DNA of 32,000 bases, taken from contig JAPMTX010000164.1 in the NCBI GenBank assembly GCA_026552855.1, positions 1,216 to 33,215 of the forward strand. The letters are read 5' to 3'. How positions within the stretch are numbered: position 1 is the stretch's first letter; every line of letters begins with the position of its first letter. The notes beneath the pieces are model-generated. The model did not search any database and was not told the origin of the DNA. It saw only the letters and a list, made by a program, of their open reading frames with translations. Of this stretch, positions 27,101 through 32,000 are shown in pieces. Both the position numbers and the translations under genes were made by a program. This DNA comes from Candidatus Methanoperedens sp. GTDB taxonomy: Archaea; Halobacteriota; Methanosarcinia; Methanosarcinales; Methanoperedenaceae.

Positions 27101-27401
27101 TCGTCAGATTATTGATATCTGTTTCACTCATACCATAATATACTCTGCTACTGCCGGGGATGTTGGTATCCCAGAAAATAAAAGAGCCGCTGGAAGTGGG
27201 TCCAGAGTTTGTCAGATTAGAAATGGATGGAGAAAAATAAGGGTTGGATGCGGCATTTACTCCATTTGTACCTGAATTGAAAAAAGGCGAGCCGGCGAGT
27301 ACCAGAAGAAGTACGGTTATGCCGGTAAGAAAACGGGCTGGAAGTTTTCCTCTATCAGAGGCAGCCATCAGCTTTATCAAATGCGAACCTGTCCTATCCA
27401 T
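24189..27401 (-). CDS. Giant secreted 26-heme cytochrome (1070 aa), mosaic of modules shared with the 569-aa and 2009-aa proteins
   Basis: I counted 26 CxxCH motifs by hand. The N-terminal ~476 aa are near-identical in stretches to the 569-aa protein. The middle ~450 aa align with the 12-heme module of the 2009-aa protein. The last four heme motifs form a unique C-terminal segment. Confidence 0.9.
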   Translation of the reverse strand: MDRTGSHLIKLMAASDRGKLPARFLTGITVLLLVLAGSPFFNSGTNGVNAASNPYFSPSISNLTNSGPTSSGSFIFWDTNIPGSSRVYYGMSETDINNLTNGSWSIWNNNTFNVSIRLSGLSANTTYYYKPESWNFTNANDSVPASVLVTLRPGVWTSPSEYMVSPPGWTGSPANFRTVNISTAILNNVSGRYVQGLSLEVVIYNSTGGEIGRTNLSGAGPYSGDFVLPDYLDEGGYVIRITDYPNIAGEFSVLRWGCANCHSAGGDNYPSTFESGYVHPKHFDTTQIYVEHPDPGNFITSTLQCGDCHSLHYPDWVAHPRAGQCNNCHRTSSGGNAALACVNCHGDITTGQNALSPRYGLDRHYLNATCNDCHNNLTSLITKPNCITCHPRPGSILNNTTIPDSIENTTHSTRKTVACGLCHNREHDVKSLYTLDATVCRTCHSGITHNMGTQCTTCHGSDPHNVTFVAGPNCIDCHNTGKSAFHQVNSSAMNSSGAIHANLNRNATNSTGVPAENKKCWGCHDSAGSQPANDSMGSRFSNPYKCYDCHNGTGKPYGNVSNAPNVSQHFINGTSIKAALNASDNSSSCIMCHNLTEMKVDYTGDNYGTNFSLPSHYGRSRAPDPQVRQGNAADCAYCHKNTSTAFAVAMMDSNNSNISNHSLRYNNSNPGCIRCHNSGWIHNSTLTKPALTLPNSTFCLSCHGSNDTGGTNYSGMVTGIRQKHNNSVNCTECHLNSSGDIHPVKYLQSVQSDVNYSTSNSTGVNCINCHQDPAFYPNLSRAPPKIPSPMHHSDNLSNGTRWNSSGYWDNTSEITACIYCHNDTRHKAAALGRPGNWRGNNIVNSSITNTSNWCAGCHYRGYSNGGKSYEDMTSTFISANLPVPPEITNGTYAVNTMPGFYYHNLTPDYNDSTCKTCHSIGPGNGTMDAFLHNITARDCKDCHFSYPVMNSSGSPTAPARFVNSAMFNESPHGNVICRSCHTGGHNNIGARKACEDCHAVLDPNNLRERHNITGDPGNYKVGGVSVVDITDCTICHDRNLYNKAIATYGFNKPVDCNYCHTYPDKNYSSW
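25970..27401. repeat. Right arm of the ~1.4-kb inverted repeat (partner 4512..5960)
   Basis: See the left arm. Identity is 95-98% in the spot-checked stretches, interrupted by a divergent patch around heme motifs 2-3. Confidence 0.8.
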
Positions 27402-27459
27402 TCCGACTTCAGCCTATCCCTTTTTATTCACAAGAGCACTCATTTCTCAACCTTAGTTG

Positions 27460-27492
27460 GATATTACATATTATTAGTTTGATATTACATAT
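27460..27492. promoter_or_regulatory. Direct repeat gatattacatat x2 with 21-nt period in a divergent AT-rich intergenic region
   Basis: 27460..27471 and 27481..27492 are identical 12-mers, 59-91 nt upstream of the ATG at 27401 of the 26-heme gene. Confidence 0.25.
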
Positions 27493-27726
27493 AAGCTATA
27501 TATATTCAATCAAGTTTAAAATACATCGTTATTGCATATCTATTTTAGTCACCAGTGGGACTTATAAAAAAGTACTGAGATAGCTATAAATACATGTACT
27601 TAATTATTAAATATTACAATTCAAGAAGTCAAGCTGTTAAGGAATCAAGATTGGGAATGAATGCTTGTATTGAAAATAGCTGGACAGATGACAATCATAA
27701 CATATTATTAATACAGGAGGTAGAAA

Positions 27727-28032
27727 ATGGTTGGACTGGAAAGCTCGATGGATCTTGCGGAAACGGCTAAGAAAATCAAGAGACCTGAAGTCGGAAGTAC
27801 AGAAAGGGAGAGACAGAATAAGTTCCTTGCACAGTTGAGAGCCCGTAAACCGGTAAAGATAAAATCGGCTTCACCAGAGAAAAGAAAAGCGAAGCCGAAA
27901 AAAGGAAAGAAAATGAATAGAGCCAAGAAAGGTGAGACCTATTACTGTACGGTCTGCGGCTGTGAAATCATGTGCACAACCAGCAGCAAAAGCCCGATCG
28001 TCTGCTGCGATGAAGTAATGTACATATTTTAA
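27727..28032 (+). CDS. Desulforedoxin-like Fe(Cys)4 domain protein with a ~60-aa lysine/arginine-rich N-terminal extension
   Basis: The C-terminal YYCTVCGCEIMCTTSSKSPIVCCDEVM matches desulforedoxin spacing (C-x2-C-x15-CC, as in YKCelCGqvv...lvCCGedM). A strong AGGAGG SD lies 7 nt upstream of the ATG at 27727. Confidence 0.65.
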   Translation: MVGLESSMDLAETAKKIKRPEVGSTERERQNKFLAQLRARKPVKIKSASPEKRKAKPKKGKKMNRAKKGETYYCTVCGCEIMCTTSSKSPIVCCDEVMYIF

Positions 28033-28113
28033 TTCGCAGGTTTGCGGAATATATGCATTCCAAAAGCTTTATTAGAACATCATATACAATAGTGGATGAA
28101 GGAGGTTAGAACC

Positions 28114-28284
28114 ATGTGCAGTACATATGTGCCGTTCTCACTGATGCCTGAAGACCTGGAGCGTATGGCAAAAGAAAGCGGGATGTTCTATTGTACATCA
28201 TGCAAGAAGACATTCATGATGAAGAACCCCAGTACAAGCTGTCCGCACTGCGGCTCAGATAAGATAAAGCCAAGAGCCAGATGA
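28114..28284 (+). CDS. Small zinc-ribbon protein (56 aa)
   Basis: The motif is CTSC-x13-CPHC. A GGAGG SD lies 8 nt upstream of the ATG at 28114, so I prefer this start over the ORF-track start at 28096. Confidence 0.55.
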   Translation: MCSTYVPFSLMPEDLERMAKESGMFYCTSCKKTFMMKNPSTSCPHCGSDKIKPRAR

Positions 28285-28310
28285 ACATAAAAGAGACATG
28301 AAAAAGAGAA

Positions 28311-30482
28311 TCACCTGTTCTTAGCGTAGATAATGTTCCTGTCCATTAACCCCTGCAGGAGGCTCTTGCATTTCGATTCAGCCTCATCATTAGGAAGTTT
28401 GTACTTCTCTTTTATCGATTCAACTATTTCGGATACTTTGGATTCTCCCCTGCTCATCTCCAGTATATCCCTGGCAAAATCTGTTACAGTGAACACCCTG
28501 TTATTGTTGGTATCGAACAGTACGTTCACCCTTTCCTGCGCAAGCCCGTTCTTTTGAGCACTGCCAGCCATCATGTCATGTATTATCTGCGCAAGATTGA
28601 AATTGAACGTCCCTACAAAGACGCCTTCTTTGATTGATAGGTACTGCTTCCTGTTCTTCGGGTTAATGCCGACTTGCACTTTTTTTAATTGCTTCTTCTG
28701 TATCCTGTCAATCAGCATGGATATCTGCGGAACTCGATTTTTAGTCCTTTTGTAATGTGAGATATACAGGAAGAGGTGTTCCCTGTCAAGGTTGCTCCAG
28801 ACAGGAAAATCCCTGTACTTTAAGGAAAGCTCATTGTAGAACCCCTGTATAAGTGCGTCTGTTTCCTTCTTCGACATCCCGGAAGCTGTTTCATAATCGT
28901 ACCACAGGGAAATGTCAATATTATCGTCCTGGTTTACTCTCCCGACTTCGAACGATGATGGCGTCTCATATACTTTTGAATGTTTGGTGAGCTGAAAGCT
29001 GCCAAACGACATTGAGCGGATGATCGCGCGGTTTTGCAGGATGAAATCCATCGTCTCCCTTGCCTCCTCCCGCGTCTCAGTAGGGAACCCGAATATCAGG
29101 AAAAGGTGCGTCCAGATACCCGCCTCTGTACTGTACCTGCATATCTTCAATACATCCTCTTTTTTGATTCCCTTATCCATGCATTTCAGTACCCTCTCAT
29201 TGGCTGATTCCAGCCCGAAATAGAGCATCCTGCACCCTGCTTCAGAGAGCTTACTGCCGTATTCAGCAGAGAACGAGGGCTCAAACCTCGAATCCCCAAG
29301 CCACGATATTCCCAGCTTGTTACTTATTATCCTGTCAGAAAGGGCGCTCATCAGTTTTGTAGAGACCCCTTCATCCTGGAACGTAAAGAACCCTGTCTTA
29401 TATTTACTCTTCAGCGTCTCCAGGTCGTTGTAAAGCAGTTCAACGCTCCTCGGTCTGTAATTCCCTGAATAGCCGTATCCGTGGTCGCAGAACGTACACC
29501 GCTTCCAGTAGCATCCCCTGGATGAGAGCACCGGAAGTATCAGCTCGGGTGAAAAATACGCATCAAGGGGAAAACCATCGAAACACGGCGCAGGCAGCGA
29601 GTTTATATCCTCCCCTTCCGAACATATCCTGTTCATCCTGATAAGGTCCCCGTCCCTGTAGATAAGGTTCGGAACTTCCCTGACCTCAAGTTCATTGTCC
29701 AGGTGTTTGATAAGGCTAAGAAGCGCGGTCTCGCCCTCGTGTACGATCACGCTATCGAATACAGAGAACAGTTCTTTGTTCCGGCTTACCTCGTTTATAA
29801 GGCGCGTGAAGACGCTTCCACCGATGTTTATATGTACTTCTTTATCTGCTTTTTTAATAAGGTTCGCAAGCGTCAACCCGGGAATTAACTGGCTTGTATT
29901 GATTATTGAGATACCTATAAGATCCGCTCTGTCCCGCAGCAGTGCCGGGACCGTGTTTTTTTCAAAATAATCGATAAAAAGGTTCTCTTCCCGGTCATTG
30001 ACAGCCGAAAGTACTTCCCTGCTTGATCGGCACGAGTAGCGCATATCGTAGGAATGGAAGGTCAGGTTCGTGGGGTAGTATGCAGAAGATGCAAGTTTAA
30101 GACCAAGTTCAAGGAGTTTAAATGCCCTGAACAGTTCTTCTATATCGTAAAAATCCTCCTTATTCCTCAAAAGCCGTTTTGCATCCTCAACCTCGTTAAT
30201 AACGTATTCTCCAAAGAGCATGGAACTGCTAAGGGCAGCGTATTGCCCCTGAAGTTCGGGCAGCAGTTCTTTTTTAGAGTCCAGTTCCTGGAACCTCGAT
30301 TGCACTCTCTCAAAATGGTCATGAAGCCCCTGTTTGCTCAGAAGCGTATCATAAAATGATATATTGGCATCCATCTGTTCGACACTGCAGTGGCTGGCTT
30401 TTAAAAAGGCGGTCAGTGAAGGAAGACTTAAATAAGGCTGGGTTGGGATCCACTGGGGCGGGAAAACTAATCTCGTAAGCAT
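28311..30482 (-). CDS. B12-binding-domain radical SAM enzyme with PqqD/RRE-like C-terminal domain (723 aa)
   Basis: The cluster motif is SSRGCYWKRCTFCDHG (29487..29513). A B12-binding-type segment (DLIGISIINTSQLIPGLTLANLIKKADKEVHINIGGSVFT) lies upstream. The C-terminal NRVFTVTDFARDILEMSRGESKVSEIVESIKEKYKLPNDEAESKCKSLLQGLMDRNII matches the PqqD-like winged-helix pattern. Confidence 0.8.
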   Translation of the reverse strand: MLTRLVFPPQWIPTQPYLSLPSLTAFLKASHCSVEQMDANISFYDTLLSKQGLHDHFERVQSRFQELDSKKELLPELQGQYAALSSSMLFGEYVINEVEDAKRLLRNKEDFYDIEELFRAFKLLELGLKLASSAYYPTNLTFHSYDMRYSCRSSREVLSAVNDREENLFIDYFEKNTVPALLRDRADLIGISIINTSQLIPGLTLANLIKKADKEVHINIGGSVFTRLINEVSRNKELFSVFDSVIVHEGETALLSLIKHLDNELEVREVPNLIYRDGDLIRMNRICSEGEDINSLPAPCFDGFPLDAYFSPELILPVLSSRGCYWKRCTFCDHGYGYSGNYRPRSVELLYNDLETLKSKYKTGFFTFQDEGVSTKLMSALSDRIISNKLGISWLGDSRFEPSFSAEYGSKLSEAGCRMLYFGLESANERVLKCMDKGIKKEDVLKICRYSTEAGIWTHLFLIFGFPTETREEARETMDFILQNRAIIRSMSFGSFQLTKHSKVYETPSSFEVGRVNQDDNIDISLWYDYETASGMSKKETDALIQGFYNELSLKYRDFPVWSNLDREHLFLYISHYKRTKNRVPQISMLIDRIQKKQLKKVQVGINPKNRKQYLSIKEGVFVGTFNFNLAQIIHDMMAGSAQKNGLAQERVNVLFDTNNNRVFTVTDFARDILEMSRGESKVSEIVESIKEKYKLPNDEAESKCKSLLQGLMDRNIIYAKNR

Positions 30483-30540
30483 AAATCCACCATAAGCTTT
30501 ATGTGACCTAATAAAGATTTCATACTAAAAAGTGATTCCT

Positions 30541-30849
30541 ATGAATGATGACAAATCTAAATACGTTGGCGATGAATTCGCAGAAGAAAGTGAAACCGCG
30601 GTTAACGAGGAAGAAAAAGCACTTGAAGGAATGTATGATCTGGTATTGCCGCCGGGAGTTCCTCAAAAAGTAATCATGGAGGCTATAGATAAATTCAATT
30701 TAGAAGTTAAAACCCGTAAATGTGCGCTAAAAACCATAGATGTAGAAGCTGGGAATCTTCTTGTACTGCGCGGTGAATTAGAGGCAGTGAACAAAGCGCA
30801 TGATTATATTTACCAAAAAATTAGTGAAAAGTATAACTACAAGAAGTAG
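30541..30849 (+). CDS. Hypothetical acidic protein (102 aa from the ATG)
   Basis: This ORF is divergent from the radical SAM gene across a 58-nt spacer. I recognise no motif. The ORF-track start at 30532 is GTG, and an ATG follows at 30541. Confidence 0.45.
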   Translation: MNDDKSKYVGDEFAEESETAVNEEEKALEGMYDLVLPPGVPQKVIMEAIDKFNLEVKTRKCALKTIDVEAGNLLVLRGELEAVNKAHDYIYQKISEKYNYKK

Positions 30850-30905
30850 TAATATTTCTATATTTTTTAAATAATTCTATAAAAACTCTTTTTGATAAGG
30901 ATATT

Positions 30906-30920
30906 GGGGATTTAATCCCC
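30906..30920. terminator. Short hairpin ggggat-tta-atcccc between convergent genes, flanked by T-runs
   Basis: The two 6-nt arms are perfectly complementary. Oligo-T tracts lie at ~30863..30870 (plus strand) and downstream on the minus strand. Confidence 0.3.
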
Positions 30921-30929
30921 TCTTTCCCT

Positions 30930-31184
30930 TTAAAATAATCGCTGCTTGTTGATGGGTCTTGTGTAGCCGGTTCCACCGCATACAGTGCATGGAATTCCCT
31001 TCATCAGAAAACCTCTACCCTTGCACCACTGGCACTTTTGTGTCATGTCAACGACTTCCACCTTTCCGGAGCCGCCACAAACAATGCATTTCTGATCCTG
31101 GTGTTTGCCTGTCCCGTCACAGTACCTACAAGTTACTTCACCGGGTATCCTCTGCCTTTTTTCTTTTGGTTTTGCTTCTGCCAT
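30930..31184 (-). CDS. DnaJ-type cysteine-rich zinc-finger protein (84 aa)
   Basis: Four CxxCxGxG repeats (CRYCDGTG, CIVCGGSG, CQWCKGRG, CTVCGGTG). Confidence 0.7.
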   Translation of the reverse strand: MAEAKPKEKRQRIPGEVTCRYCDGTGKHQDQKCIVCGGSGKVEVVDMTQKCQWCKGRGFLMKGIPCTVCGGTGYTRPINKQRLF

Positions 31185-31246
31185 TTTAAATCACATCACT
31201 ATGAATATCAAACTATAATATATTCTTTTCCTTTTAATCGTGTCCC

Positions 31247-31280
31247 AAAAAAATAAGAAAAGTAGGCATAAAGCCTACTT
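31247..31280 (-). terminator. mcr operon terminator: 8-bp hairpin followed by a T-rich tract
   Basis: The minus strand, 7 nt after the mcrA stop, reads aagtaggc-tttat-gcctactt followed by TTCTTATTTTTTT. Confidence 0.55.
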
Positions 31281-31286
31281 ATGGGT

Positions 31287-32000
31287 TTACTTTGCTGGGA
31301 TAACGAAGGCTCTCTCACCGGCGCAGCGGTCCCACTCTCTGAGTGCAGCCTTACCGAAGCATCCTCTTGGATCCGCGAAGTCGAAGTTGACTAACTCATC
31401 TGCGAAGCAGGCTTTGACCAGCGGGTTCACAACGAATGCATCCTTCTTTCCGGCGTGTGCTGCCTGAACTACTGCGGTGTATCCACCCTGATGTCCTACG
31501 TTCATTGCGTAGTTGGGGTAGTTAGCACCTCTGCACTCGCCTATGCAGCCCTCATCAGAGCCGAGCGAGAACACGTTGGTTGCGCCGCACTGATCCTGCA
31601 AGTCATACCCGTAGAATCCGAGTCTTCCGTGACCCTCTTTGTGGAGGTACATGCTCAGATACCATGCTGCTAGACCGGCATTGCTGTGTCCGGTTGCCAG
31701 AGCTGTTGCACCGCCTGCTGCCATTGCTACGGCTGTTGCTCTCAGTGAACCACCGAAATGGTCTTCCAGTGTTGTCGGGTACTTCTCGTATGCTTCAAGA
31801 CTGTACAATGTTGATTCTGTAGCGATATCTTTTACAGTTTCAATGGTGGCTTTTGCTTTGCTAAATCCACCGTACTTCTTAATTGCATAGTCAGTGCCCC
31901 AGTACAGGAAGTCGTCAAGGATATCGTTGCAGTATGCTGGTAATGCATACATTGTGAATCCGACGCCGCCTGACATGTAGCCGCCGAGCCATATCTGGTC
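31287..32000 (-). CDS. mcrA: Methyl-coenzyme M reductase alpha subunit, C-terminal ~237 aa (gene continues beyond the window)
   Basis: Diagnostic McrA blocks are present: (DQIWLGG)[57 protein letters not shown], and [10 protein letters not shown] at the C-terminus. The reading frame stays open to position 32000. Confidence 0.95.
   Translation of the reverse strand, partial: DQIWLGGYMSGGVGFTMYALPAYCNDILDDFLYWGTDYAIKKYGGFSKAKATIETVKDIATESTLYSLEAYEKYPTTLEDHFGGSLRATAVAMAAGGATALATGHSNAGLAAWYLSMYLHKEGHGRLGFYGYDLQDQCGATNVFSLGSDEGCIGECRGANYPNYAMNVGHQGGYTAVVQAAHAGKKDAFVVNPLVKACFADELVNFDFADPRGCFGKAALREWDRCAGERAFVIPAK

Noticed and set aside
27913-28032. Internal Met giving a free 39-aa desulforedoxin instead of the 101-aa protein
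   Set aside because: There is no convincing SD before 27913, whereas AGGAGG sits at the ideal distance from the ATG at 27727. I kept the long form but flagged the alternative.
30541-30849. The 102-aa acidic protein divergent from the radical SAM gene, considered as a candidate precursor peptide or partner
   Set aside because: It has no Cys/Gly-rich core, leader-like pattern or repeat, and it looks like a small folded alpha/beta protein. I report it only as hypothetical.
1-32000. Possibility that the window belongs to a Borg-like extrachromosomal element or another mobile island, given the cytochromes together with mcr
   Set aside because: No integrase, transposase or terminal repeats are visible, and genes sit on both strands. 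Composition looks uniform by eye, but I could not compute GC or codon statistics. This cannot be decided from the window, so I make no claim.

Overview
This looks like an archaeal window. Genes have Shine-Dalgarno leaders, the intergenic regions are AT-rich with TATA-like boxes, one protein carries a PGF-CTERM sorting signal, and the 3' part of mcrA sits at the right edge. By inference only, the source is a Methanosarcinales / ANME-2d ('Methanoperedens'-like) methane-metabolising archaeon. About 27 kb (45..27401) is an island of 11 c-type cytochrome genes with roughly 130 heme-binding motifs by my manual count. It holds three giant secreted multiheme cytochromes (569 aa with 12 hemes, 2009 aa with about 50, 1070 aa with 26) built from shared, shuffled modules. 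It also holds a membrane-anchored 12-heme protein with a NapC/NirT/NrfH-like N-terminus, two tandemly duplicated hexahemes, and five small paralogues that share an invariant N-terminal 'LFAGQH' block. Embedded in the island are a 7-bladed beta-propeller surface protein with a PGF-CTERM anchor and a glycosylation gene set: a plus-strand GT2 gene, plus a convergent minus-strand operon of a GT-C/PMT-like enzyme, a Gfo/Idh/MocA oxidoreductase, a DUF362 protein and two membrane proteins. The right flank carries a desulforedoxin-like protein with a basic tail, a zinc-ribbon protein, a 723-aa B12-binding radical SAM enzyme with a PqqD/RRE-like C-terminus, a DnaJ-type zinc-finger protein, and the C-terminal third of McrA, which shows unusual substitutions. 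I saw no rRNA, tRNA, CRISPR array, transposase or integrase. All family calls come from motif recognition by eye, with no database search.
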